Below, piece by piece: positions 19,367 to 27,961 of a stretch of 64,000 nucleotides of DNA. Both the position numbers and the translations under genes were made by a program. A model generated the notes under the pieces. That model had not been told where the DNA came from. It saw only the letters and a list, made by a program, of their open reading frames with translations, and searched no databases. How positions within the stretch are numbered: position 1 is the stretch's first letter; the number at the start of each line of letters is the position of its first letter. This DNA comes from an uncultured bacterium (GTDB lineage: Bacteria > Krumholzibacteriota > Krumholzibacteriia > Krumholzibacteriales > Krumholzibacteriaceae). The stretch is from positions 320,001 to 384,000 of the forward strand of contig CAWFAD010000007.1 in the NCBI GenBank assembly GCA_963813815.1, written 5' to 3'.

Positions 19367-21046
19367 ATGGGAGAGAAGATCACCTTCAAGAGCTTCAAGG
19401 AAATGCCGATCTGCGCCATGTCGGTCGCCGACATGACCTACAACCTCACCGGCTCGTGGCGCAACGTGCGGCCGTACTACGATTTCAAGGTCTCCCCGTG
19501 CCGTCTCGGCTGTCCGACGATGGAGAACATCCAGCGGTACATCTACCTCGCGACGCAGGATAAGTACGAGGAAGCGTGGCGCGAGCTCATGGAGCAGAAC
19601 CCCATGCCCGCGGTCACGGGGCGCGTGTGCTTCCATCCGTGCATGGAGAAATGCACGCGCAAGGATTTCGATCAGGCGATCAATATCCCGGCCATCGAGC
19701 GGGCGATCGGCGACCGCGGTCTCGACAATCCGGGCTGGATGAAGAAGGCGCCCGCGACCAAGAAGGAAAAAGTGGCGGTCGTCGGCGGCGGTCCCGCCGG
19801 ACTCTCGGCCGCCTACTACCTCGCTCGGCGGGGATACCCCGTCACGATCTTCGAGGCCGGTCCCCTGCTCGGGGGAACGCTCCGCTGGGGCATTCCCGAG
19901 TACCGTCTCCCGAACGGCGTCCTCGACCGCGTCATCGCGCAGATCGTCGAATCGGGGCCGATCACGGTGAAGACGGGAACAGCGCTCGGATCGGGCGTTT
20001 CGCTCGCGGAGCTCGAGAAGGAGTTCGCGTCGGTGTTCGTCGGCGTCGGCCTCGCCCGCAGCCGTCCTCTCGGCGTCGCCGGCGAGGAGGGACGCGGCGT
20101 CGAGCGGGGTCTCGAGTTTCTCCGAAAGGTGAACGGCGGGGAGCGGGTCGATCCGGGGCGGTCGGTGGCGGTCGTCGGCGGCGGCAACACGGCGATGGAC
20201 GTCGCCCGCTGCGCCCGCCGCGCCGGCGCCGAGGTTACGGTCGTCTACCGCCGCACGATGAACGAGATGCCCGCCATCAAGGACGAGATCGAAGAGGCGG
20301 AGCACGAGGGAGTGCGGTTCCGGTTCCTCGCGGCCCCGAAGAGCATCGAGCGCCCGGCCTCCGGTCCCCTCGTCGTCCGCTTCCAAGAGATGAAGCTCGG
20401 CGAGCCGGACGAGTCGGGCCGGCGCCGACCCGTGAACGACGGGGACAAGACCTTCACGCTCGAGGTCGACACGCTCTTCACGGCGATCGGCGAGGAGGCC
20501 GACGCGGCTCCGTTCGAGGGGGCCATCGAGAGAGACGGCAATCTCATCGCGACGAAGGGGGAGTGGGGGGAAACCTCGAGGAAGAAAATCTTCGCCGGCG
20601 GAGACGTCGTGACGGGAGCGGCGAGCGTCGTCGAGGCGATCGTCGCGGGACGGAAGGCCGCCGAGCGCATCGGCCGGATGCTCTCCGGGGAGCCGGAGCC
20701 CGCCGTTGCGGAGCCGAGAACGATCAGCATCGAGAACATCAATACGGCGTACTTCACCAAGGTCAAGCGCGGGTCCGTGCCGCGCATTCCTCTCGATGAA
20801 GCGCTCGCCGGTTACCGCGAGATCCACACCGGCTACGACGACCGGATGCTTCACCGCGAGGCGGACCGCTGTTTCTCGTGCGGCGTCTGCAACTTCTGCG
20901 ACAACTGCTGGGTGTTCTGCCCCGACGTCGCCGTGCGGCGCCTCGACGAGGAGTACGAGTTCAACTACGATTTCTGCAAGGGCTGCCTCGTCTGCGTGAT
21001 CGAATGCCCGCGGAGCGCCATCTCGACGCGGGAGGAGGGAAAATGA
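19367..21046 (+). CDS. GltD/DsrL-like FAD- and Fe-S-containing NAD(P) oxidoreductase with PorD-like ferredoxin ends
   Basis: SPCRLGCP, GRVCFHPCMEKC, VGGGPAG, GGGNTAMD, YRR, FAGGD; C-terminal CFSCGVCNFCDNCWVFCPD and CKGCLVCVIECP. Confidence 0.88.
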   Translation: MGEKITFKSFKEMPICAMSVADMTYNLTGSWRNVRPYYDFKVSPCRLGCPTMENIQRYIYLATQDKYEEAWRELMEQNPMPAVTGRVCFHPCMEKCTRKDFDQAINIPAIERAIGDRGLDNPGWMKKAPATKKEKVAVVGGGPAGLSAAYYLARRGYPVTIFEAGPLLGGTLRWGIPEYRLPNGVLDRVIAQIVESGPITVKTGTALGSGVSLAELEKEFASVFVGVGLARSRPLGVAGEEGRGVERGLEFLRKVNGGERVDPGRSVAVVGGGNTAMDVARCARRAGAEVTVVYRRTMNEMPAIKDEIEEAEHEGVRFRFLAAPKSIERPASGPLVVRFQEMKLGEPDESGRRRPVNDGDKTFTLEVDTLFTAIGEEADAAPFEGAIERDGNLIATKGEWGETSRKKIFAGGDVVTGAASVVEAIVAGRKAAERIGRMLSGEPEPAVAEPRTISIENINTAYFTKVKRGSVPRIPLDEALAGYREIHTGYDDRMLHREADRCFSCGVCNFCDNCWVFCPDVAVRRLDEEYEFNYDFCKGCLVCVIECPRSAISTREEGK

Positions 21047-22194
21047 AGAAGGTCATCATGGGGAATCACGCCGTGAGCTACGGCGTGAGGGCCTCCGATG
21101 TCAAGGTCATCTCCGCGTATCCGATCACGCCGCAGACGCAGGTCGTGGAGCTGCTGTCCGAGATGTGCGCGAACGGCGAGCTCGAAGCGAAGTTTATCGC
21201 GGTCGAATCCGAGCACTCCGCGCTCACCGCGTGCGTCGGCGCCTCGTCGGCGGGCTCGCGGACCTTCACCGCGACCTCCTCGCAGGGGCTTCTCCTCATG
21301 CACGAGATCATCCACTGGGCCGTGGGGGCGCGGCTCCCGATCGTGATGTCGAACGTGAACCGCGCCGTCGGGCCTCCGTGGAGCATCTGGACCGACCAGA
21401 ACGACTCGCTGTCGCAGCGCGACACGGGCTGGCTCCAGATCTACTGCGAGAGCAATCAGGAGGTGCAGGACACGATCGTGCAGGCGTTCAAGATCGCCGA
21501 GACGGTGATGCTGCCGGTCATGATCGTCCTCGACGCTTTCTTCCTCTCGCACACCTTCGAGATCGTCGACATTCTGGAGCCGGAAATGGTGAGGCCCTTC
21601 CTGCCGCCGTACCGGCCCGCTCGGAAGATCGACGTCGCCGACCCGCACTCGTTCGGGAACCTCGCCGGTCCCGGCGAGTACTTCGAGCTCCGCTACATGA
21701 TCGAAAAGGCGATGGAGGATTCGCGCGAGGTGATCAAGCGCGTGGACCGGGAGTTCGAGGAGCGCTTCGGCCGCGGCTACGGCATCGTGAAGCCGTACCG
21801 CTGCGAGGACGCCGACTACATCCTCGTCACCTCCGGCACGGTCGCCTCGACGACGCGCGCCGTCGTCGACGCGATGCGCGCCGAGGGGGTCAAGATAGGA
21901 TCGCTCAAGGTGCGCGTGTTCCGGCCGTTCCCCTTCGCCGAGGTTCGGGCGGCGCTCTCGAAGGCGAAACGCATCGGCGTCATCGACCGCAACATCTCCT
22001 TCGGACATCACGGCATTTTCTACCAGGAGCTGAAGAGCGCCCTCTACGGGCGGTCGGACGTGCCCGTTCAAGGCTTCATCACCGGGCTCGGCGGGCGGGA
22101 CGTGACGCCCCCGGTGATCCGCTCGATCGCGGAGAAGCTCATCGCGGGAACGAATCTCGATCCCGACATCAACTGGATAGGAGTGAAGATATGA
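21043..22194 (+). CDS. porA: 2-oxoacid (pyruvate):acceptor oxidoreductase alpha subunit
   Basis: AYPITPQT, VESEHSA, TATSSQGL, GLGGRD; ATGA overlap with upstream gene. Confidence 0.94.
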   Translation: MKKVIMGNHAVSYGVRASDVKVISAYPITPQTQVVELLSEMCANGELEAKFIAVESEHSALTACVGASSAGSRTFTATSSQGLLLMHEIIHWAVGARLPIVMSNVNRAVGPPWSIWTDQNDSLSQRDTGWLQIYCESNQEVQDTIVQAFKIAETVMLPVMIVLDAFFLSHTFEIVDILEPEMVRPFLPPYRPARKIDVADPHSFGNLAGPGEYFELRYMIEKAMEDSREVIKRVDREFEERFGRGYGIVKPYRCEDADYILVTSGTVASTTRAVVDAMRAEGVKIGSLKVRVFRPFPFAEVRAALSKAKRIGVIDRNISFGHHGIFYQELKSALYGRSDVPVQGFITGLGGRDVTPPVIRSIAEKLIAGTNLDPDINWIGVKI

Positions 22195-23099
22195 ACGAGC
22201 CAAAGATCCCGGCTCCCGAGCTCATGACGTCGGGCCACCTCGCCTGTCAGGGGTGCGGCGCCACTCAGGCGATGCGCTTCGCCCTGAAGGCGCTCGGGCC
22301 CCGCACGGCGCTCGTGCTTCCGGCCTGCTGCTGGTCGGTGATCGACGGCCCGTTCCCGCACTCCTCGCTCAAGGTGCCCATTCTTCACACGGCGTTCGAG
22401 GCCGCCGCCTCGACCGCCTCGGGCCTCAAGGCCGGTCTCGAGATGCGCGGCGACACGGAGACGGTCGTCATGGCGTGGGCCGGCGACGGAGGCACGTTCG
22501 ACATCGGCATCCAGGCGCTCTCGGGAGCGGCCGAGCGCAACGAGGACATCATCTACTGCTGCTACGACAACGAGGCCTACATGAACACGGGCATCCAGCG
22601 GAGCTCCTCGACTCCCATCGGCGCGTGGACGACCACGACGCCGGGCGTTCACTGGAAGAGGCGACCGAAGAAAAAGATGATCGACATCATGGCGGCGCAT
22701 TCGATTCCCTACATCGCCACCGCGTCGGTCGCCTATCCGCAGGATCTCATCGAGAAGTTCCGCAAAGCCCGCTCGATACGCGGAACGCGATTCCTGCACG
22801 TCTTCGCGCCGTGCCCCACCGGATGGAAGCTCGCCCCGGAGCTCTCCGTGGCGATGGCTCGGCAGGCCGTCACCGCGAAGGTCTTTCCGCTCGTCGAGGT
22901 CACGGACAACGGCAGAACGTGGAAGGTGTGGAAGGATTTCGAGCCGACGCCGGTCAAGGATTACATCATGGCGCAGGGGCGGTTCCGCCATCTCAAGGAA
23001 GACGAGCTGCGGATGGTCTCCGACGAGGTCGAGCGGAACTGGCAGTACCTCCTCTCGCGCGAGGCCGGCTCGAACCTCGTTCCGGGACTGCAGCAATAG
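22191..23099 (+). CDS. porB: 2-oxoacid (pyruvate):acceptor oxidoreductase beta subunit (TPP-binding)
   Basis: [49 protein letters not shown]. Confidence 0.94.
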   Translation: MNEPKIPAPELMTSGHLACQGCGATQAMRFALKALGPRTALVLPACCWSVIDGPFPHSSLKVPILHTAFEAAASTASGLKAGLEMRGDTETVVMAWAGDGGTFDIGIQALSGAAERNEDIIYCCYDNEAYMNTGIQRSSSTPIGAWTTTTPGVHWKRRPKKKMIDIMAAHSIPYIATASVAYPQDLIEKFRKARSIRGTRFLHVFAPCPTGWKLAPELSVAMARQAVTAKVFPLVEVTDNGRTWKVWKDFEPTPVKDYIMAQGRFRHLKEDELRMVSDEVERNWQYLLSREAGSNLVPGLQQ

Positions 23100-23119
23100 G
23101 CGGTTCGGCCGCGGATCTC

Positions 23120-23156
23120 GAACCCCCGGTTTCCCCGGGAGGCCGGGGGCTTCTCC
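23120..23156 (+). terminator. probable intrinsic terminator of por operon
   Basis: CCCCCGGTTTCC/GGAGGCCGGGGG stem (with G-U pairs) just after the porB stop; weak U tract. Confidence 0.55.
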
Positions 23157-23320
23157 TCGTTTCGTACAACTCCAGATAATTCAACGCCGTATTCTATTGT
23201 CCCGCCGCTGGTTTTGCGAATCCCGCTTGCAAAGTGAGACGGGGAAGGGCCCCGCGGCCGCCTCGCATCTTGAAGTATAACCGTATCGGAATGAAAACGT
23301 TATGGAGCGCCCGGGGGCGA

Positions 23321-23336
23321 TGGTACGCATCTCGCG
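23321..23336 (+). promoter_or_regulatory. putative sigma54 (-24/-12) promoter of prepilin gene
   Basis: TGGTACGCATCTCGC with exact GG-N10-GC spacing, about 30 nt upstream of the ATG. Confidence 0.55.
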
Positions 23337-23367
23337 TAGAGCATGGCGTGCCCATTGGGAGGATCGT

Positions 23368-23802
23368 ATGATCAAACGCCGGATCATGAAAAACAGCGGA
23401 GGGATGACCCTCCTCGAAATACTCGTCGGACTGGCCATATTCGCCATAGGCTGCTTCACGCTCACGCAGGTGATCTTCGGCGCCATGAAATCCGGGGCGT
23501 CCGCGAGGAAGACGGTCGTGGCGACGACCCTCGCGCACGAGCGCATGTCGCAGATCATGAAGGCCGGACGCTTCGGCGATATCCGCGAGGAGAACTTTCC
23601 CGACGAGGATTACGGGCGCGTCGGCGGCGGCGCGGTGGACTACGGCTCGTACCGGCGGACGGTGACCATCACCGATTCGATGGACTCATCCGGGTCGAGC
23701 CTCATGAAAACGGTCGAGATCGAGGTCGAGTGGCGCGAGAGCGGAAGACGCCGGAACGTGTCGTTGCGCTCCTGCGTCACGCGCGCCGATATGATCGACT
23801 GA
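23368..23802 (+). CDS. prepilin-type N-terminal cleavage/methylation protein (PilV-like minor pilin)
   Basis: basic leader then G|MTLLEILVGLAIFAIG class III signal; GGAGG RBS. Confidence 0.85.
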   Translation: MIKRRIMKNSGGMTLLEILVGLAIFAIGCFTLTQVIFGAMKSGASARKTVVATTLAHERMSQIMKAGRFGDIREENFPDEDYGRVGGGAVDYGSYRRTVTITDSMDSSGSSLMKTVEIEVEWRESGRRRNVSLRSCVTRADMID

Positions 23803-23869
23803 TGATGGAGCGGGGCCGGCCCGCCGCGCAATGGGGTCTGCGATCACGTCCGGCCGGGGCTTTTCCATA

Positions 23870-23903
23870 TTGACAAACCGCAAAACTCCCTGTTATATAT
23901 AGT
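23870..23903 (+). promoter_or_regulatory. putative sigma70 promoter
   Basis: TTGACA at 23870 followed about 17-18 nt later by TGTTATATATAGT. Confidence 0.5.
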
Positions 23904-23954
23904 CTTGCCTTTTGGAGTATCCGTCGTGTCATGGCTTCTTCAAGGAAGTGTATC

Positions 23955-24671
23955 ATGATGCGGTACATAGCGATAGTGGCCCTTCTGGCCATCATTCCTC
24001 GAGCGGGATGCAAGCCGGCTCACCCGTCGAAGGTATATTCCGACCCTTCGTTCGAGCCGAACGCGGTGAGCTCGGTGCTCGTGGCGCCCTTCGCGAGCTC
24101 GATCCCGCGGGGCGAAGATCCGAACCGGCAATCGGAGCGCATCATGAACAGATCCATGTCCGACCTGCTTGCCGCTCGCGACGATTACCGGTTCCTCTCG
24201 CCGGACCAGTTCCAGTCGGCGGTCACCCGCGCCGGGCTCGACGAGGCTTGGGCCTCCTTCAAGGAAGGGTGGATGTCGAGGCACGTGATCGACAAGGAAT
24301 TTCTCGCGCGGCTCAAGGTGTCGCTCGGCGCCGAAGTGCTGCTGCTGCCGCACGTGTACCTGTGGAACAAGGACGAGGCGGATTACCGCGAGTCCGCGAC
24401 GAGCTCGGTGACGCAGGTGGGCGCGACGCTCGCCCTCGTCGAGATGGGCACGGGAAAGATTCTCTGGGAGGCGAGCGACGAGAACTTCCGCGAGGCGATC
24501 CGGAGCGAGAATCGCGAGGTCATTTCGAGCGGCGGCATCGATCGCCGCGTGTCCGGCGTATCGGGAACGGGACGCGACGTCTATGCGGCTCCTCCGTACG
24601 AGGAGGTCGCTCAGATCGTTCTCGAGGTGCTCGTCGACGCGCTCCCGCGGCGCGTGACCACCGTGCGATGA
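23955..24671 (+). CDS. hypothetical lipoprotein (TolB_N/CsgG-like alpha/beta fold suspected)
   Basis: AGC lipobox-like site; VLVAPF and LVEMGTGKILW motifs. Confidence 0.7.
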   Translation: MMRYIAIVALLAIIPRAGCKPAHPSKVYSDPSFEPNAVSSVLVAPFASSIPRGEDPNRQSERIMNRSMSDLLAARDDYRFLSPDQFQSAVTRAGLDEAWASFKEGWMSRHVIDKEFLARLKVSLGAEVLLLPHVYLWNKDEADYRESATSSVTQVGATLALVEMGTGKILWEASDENFREAIRSENREVISSGGIDRRVSGVSGTGRDVYAAPPYEEVAQIVLEVLVDALPRRVTTVR

Positions 24672-25151
24672 ACGACGAGCGGTGGATGGAAGCCGCTCTC
24701 CGCGAGGCGACGAAGGCCCTCCGGCGGGGCGAGGTTCCCATCGGGGCGGTCGTCGTGAAGGACGGCCGCGTCATCGGCAGAGGGTACAACCGCGTTGAGT
24801 CGCGCTCGTGCGCCACGGCGCACGCGGAGATCGTCGCGATCGAGAGCGCGTCGAGGAAGCTCGGCGATTGGCGCCTTGACGGCTGCTCCATGTACGCGAC
24901 GGTCGAGCCCTGTCACATGTGCCTCGGGGCGCTCTACCTCGCGCGCGCGGCGCGCGTCGTCTACGGCGCGAGGCAGCCGCGGAGCGGCGCCTGCGGCTCG
25001 GTGGACGATTTTCACCGAGCGGATCTTCTGGGGCACCGGATCGAGGTCATGGCGGGAGTGCGCGAGGCGGAGTGTCTCGCGTTGCTGAAGAGAGTTTTTC
25101 GACGGATTGCGCACGGAGGACGACAGTCGGAGAGATGCGAGAGCTGGCTGA
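24668..25151 (+). CDS. tadA: tRNA adenosine(34) deaminase TadA (apparent 1-nt frameshift near 25088-25091)
   Basis: GEVPIGAV, AHAEI, YATVEPCHMC, VVYGA motifs; the conserved EFF..LR C-terminus lies in the shifted frame ending at TGA 25149-25151; as read, the ORF runs to 25318 through tRNAs. Confidence 0.85.
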
Positions 25152-25221
25152 ATCGGCACGATTGGAAATCGTGTGTGGAGGTAACACTCCACCGAGGGTT
25201 CGAATCCCTCTCTCTCCGCCA
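25129..25221 (+). tRNA. tRNA-Ser(GGA)
   Basis: GGAGAGA/TCTCTCC acceptor, CACGA-TT-GGA-AA-TCGTG, long variable arm, CCA. Confidence 0.96.
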
Positions 25222-25271
25222 GATATATCGCCGGCGCACCGCGCCCGGACGGGCAGAGGATAACGGCGCGC

Positions 25272-25361
25272 GGAGAGATGCCAGAGTGGTTGAATGGGAC
25301 GGTCTCGAAAACCGTTGAGCGGGTTTCCGCTCCGAGGGTTCGAATCCCTCTCTCTCCGCCA
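25272..25361 (+). tRNA. tRNA-Ser(CGA)
   Basis: GGAGAGA/TCTCTCC acceptor, ACGGT-CT-CGA-AA-ACCGT, long variable arm, CCA. Confidence 0.96.
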
Positions 25362-25406
25362 TAAATTCCTTGCCGCATAGCGGAAAATCGATATTATACA
25401 CGGAGT

Positions 25407-25482
25407 GGGGATGTAGCTCAGCTGGGAGAGCACCTCGTTCGCAACGAGGGGGTCGTCGGTTCGAATCCGATCATCTCCACCA
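25407..25482 (+). tRNA. tRNA-Ala(CGC)
   Basis: 76 nt, G3:U70 pair, CCTCG-TT-CGC-AA-CGAGG, CCA. Confidence 0.96.
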
Positions 25483-25494
25483 AATTTTTTTCTT

Positions 25495-25770
25495 GGAGAT
25501 CGTGCTAGACGGGGAGGTAGCGGTGCCCTGTACCCGCAATCCGCTCAAGCGGGGTCGAATTCCCGGCTGAGGGGGTGTGGTTCTCGCGCGATCGACGTCG
25601 GGAAGTGGCGTTGATGGTCAGGTCCCGCGCAAGGGGAACCTGCCAAACCCGTCAGGACCGGAAGGTAGCAGCGGTACGCAGCCATTCTCCTGTGCCGCGG
25701 TCTCACCTGGCAGGAGCTAACCTCGACGTAAGAGCCGGGGGCGCCTCTCGAGGCCGGGTGCACGATCTCC
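25495..25770 (+). ncRNA. ffs: signal recognition particle RNA, large bacterial (Alu-containing) type
   Basis: terminal helix GGAGATCGTGC/GCACGATCTCC; Alu motif GGGGAGGTAGCGGTGCCCTGTACC; helix-8 motif GTCAGGACCGGAAGGTAGCAGC; directly upstream of dnaX. Confidence 0.95.
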
Positions 25771-25798
25771 GGCGCCGCGTTCCGGGGGTCATCGGCAC

Positions 25799-27562
25799 AT
25801 GTCGTATCTCGTACTCGCTCGCAAGTGGCGGCCGCAGGTCTTCTCAGCGGTCATAGGCCAGGAGCACATCACCGAGACCCTCATGAAGGCGGTCGAGAAG
25901 AACCGCCTCGCCCATGCATACCTCTTCGCCGGACCCCGCGGCTGCGGCAAGACGACCACCGCCAGGCTGCTCGCGAAGATCATCAACTGCGAGAACCCGC
26001 GGGGCGCCGAGCCCTGCAACGAATGCGTCTCGTGCGTCGCCGTCGCCGAGGGGCGCCACCTCGACGTGATCGAGATCGACGGCGCCAGCAACCGCGGCAT
26101 CGACGAGATTCGCGATCTCCGCGAAAAGCTGAGCTACGCCCCCTCGCAGAGCCGCTCCAAAATCTACATCATCGACGAGGTCCACATGCTCACGCCGCAG
26201 GCGTTCAACGCGCTCCTCAAGACCCTCGAGGAGCCGCCCGCGCACGTGTACCTCGTGTTCGCGACGACGGAGCCGCACAAAGTGCCCGCGACCATCCAAT
26301 CGCGCTGCCAGCGGTTCAACTTCAAGCGGCTCGAGGTCGGCGAGATCGGCGCGCAGCTCGAGAGGATCTGCGCGGCCGAGAAGATCGCCCGCGAGGACGA
26401 GGCCCTCACGCTCATCGCGCGGCGCGCCGAGGGGAGCATGCGGGACGCGGAGAGCCTGCTCGACCAGTGCATCGCCGCCTCGGATGGGCCGGTGAGCCTC
26501 GAGCTCGTCCGGCGCGTGCTGGGGCTCGTGGACTCGCAGCTCACGATCGATCTCCTCGAGCGGATCGCCGCACGCGACCGCAAGGGCGTCCTCTCGATCG
26601 TCGACCGGGCCGTCGATGCGGGGCTCGATCTCGAGGAGTTTTTCCTCGCCTACATCGAGGGGCTGCGCAACCTCCTCGTGCTGAGCGTGCAGGGAGGAGC
26701 CTCGGCCGAGTATCTCGATCTCTCGGCGGGCGAGATCGAAGAGCTCGGGAAAGTGGCGAACACTCTCGGAACCGAGAGTCTGCTCTATCTCTTCCGCTCC
26801 GCCGCGCGGGGATACCGCGATCTCAAATCGTCGGGGCAACCGCGCTTCCAGCTCGAGGCGGCGTTCGCCGAGGCCGCCTCCTGGGAGTCGGCCGCGGAGG
26901 TCTCCGAGCTCATCCGCCGTCTCGATGGGGGCGGTGGCGCTCGGTGCGAGAGTCCGGCTCCGCAGCGCGCGGCTCCGCGAGCGAGGACGGACGAGCCTCC
27001 CCGCGCCGAACCGGCGAGGAGCGCGGCGGGGAGGTCCGCCGCGGTCGACCGACCGTCCCCGCCGGCCGGCGCATACGCGACGGTCGACCGGCCGGCCCCC
27101 GCGGAGGCTCGAGGCGGCGACGAGAGCGCCCTCGCGGCTCTCGGGGGGAAGGAGCAGTGGGAGCGTTTTCTCTCGCACATCCGCGAGGCGAGGCTCACGC
27201 TCGGCATCTGGCTCGGGGCCGCGCGCGTGGGAATCGTCGCCGGGAACCGGGTGGTCATCTCCTTCAGCCCGCAGAACCGCTTCGCTCGCGAAATGACGTT
27301 CGAGGAGAAGAACCGGCGGTTCATCGAGCATGAGCTCGAGCGGTTTTTCGGCAAGAAGCTCGTTCTCGAGGCCGGGGATGAGACGGGCGCGGCCGCCGAG
27401 CCGGCGGCCCCGGACAGCGCGCCGGCGCCGAAGCGGGCGTCGATGGATTCCCGGCTCGAGGCGATCGCGGACGGCGCGCCCGCGGTAAAGAAGCTCATCG
27501 AGGAGTACGACGGCGAGCTCTTCGCCGAACGCGGCGACGGACAGGAGGCATCGGGGGAATGA
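25799..27562 (+). CDS. dnaX: DNA polymerase III subunit gamma/tau
   Basis: YLVLARKWRPQ, GPRGCGKTT, EIDGASN, IDEVHML, TIQSRC. Confidence 0.97.
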   Translation: MSYLVLARKWRPQVFSAVIGQEHITETLMKAVEKNRLAHAYLFAGPRGCGKTTTARLLAKIINCENPRGAEPCNECVSCVAVAEGRHLDVIEIDGASNRGIDEIRDLREKLSYAPSQSRSKIYIIDEVHMLTPQAFNALLKTLEEPPAHVYLVFATTEPHKVPATIQSRCQRFNFKRLEVGEIGAQLERICAAEKIAREDEALTLIARRAEGSMRDAESLLDQCIAASDGPVSLELVRRVLGLVDSQLTIDLLERIAARDRKGVLSIVDRAVDAGLDLEEFFLAYIEGLRNLLVLSVQGGASAEYLDLSAGEIEELGKVANTLGTESLLYLFRSAARGYRDLKSSGQPRFQLEAAFAEAASWESAAEVSELIRRLDGGGGARCESPAPQRAAPRARTDEPPRAEPARSAAGRSAAVDRPSPPAGAYATVDRPAPAEARGGDESALAALGGKEQWERFLSHIREARLTLGIWLGAARVGIVAGNRVVISFSPQNRFAREMTFEEKNRRFIEHELERFFGKKLVLEAGDETGAAAEPAAPDSAPAPKRASMDSRLEAIADGAPAVKKLIEEYDGELFAERGDGQEASGE

Positions 27563-27870
27563 AGGACCTCGGAAAGCTCATGAAGCAGGCGCAGCAGGTT
27601 CAGGCGCGGCTGGCTGAAATGCAATCACACCTTGCCGAGAAAACGGTCGAGGCCTCCTCGGGCGGCGGCATGGTCGTGGCCGTCATGAACGGAAAGCACG
27701 AGATCGTTTCGCTCAAAATCGATCCCGAGGTGGTGAACCCGGCCGACGTCGAGATGCTCGAGGATCTCGTCGTCGCGGCGCTGAACGAGGCCCGCGGCCG
27801 TATAGACGAGATGATCCGGGCCGAAATGAGCCAGCTCACGGGCGGGATGCCCATGCCCGGACTTTTCTAA
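27559..27870 (+). CDS. ybaB: YbaB/EbfC nucleoid-associated protein
   Basis: MKQAQQVQ, SGGGMV, EMLEDLVVAA; lies between dnaX and recR. Confidence 0.95.
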   Translation: MKDLGKLMKQAQQVQARLAEMQSHLAEKTVEASSGGGMVVAVMNGKHEIVSLKIDPEVVNPADVEMLEDLVVAALNEARGRIDEMIRAEMSQLTGGMPMPGLF

Positions 27871-27928
27871 CCGGTTGTCGGTTCGGCAGATCCCCGATAC
27901 CCATCCTTTTCGTTCCAATCGCCGGATA

Positions 27929-27944
27929 AGGCAAGGTTTTTGCT
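27929..27944 (+). promoter_or_regulatory. putative sigma54 (-24/-12) promoter upstream of recR-mglB-mglA
   Basis: AGGCAAGGTTTTTGCT with exact GG-N10-GC spacing and TTGCT. Confidence 0.5.
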
Positions 27945-27961
27945 AACAAGGAGAATTGGTA

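Noticed and set aside
25192..25361. Identical 30-nt direct repeat at 25192-25221 and 25332-25361, a possible att site
   Set aside because: These are the 3' ends of two complete paralogous tRNA-Ser genes; there is no integrase or cargo between them
26900..27562. Programmed frameshift generating DnaX gamma
   Set aside because: No A-AAA-AAG or poly-A slippery site recognised
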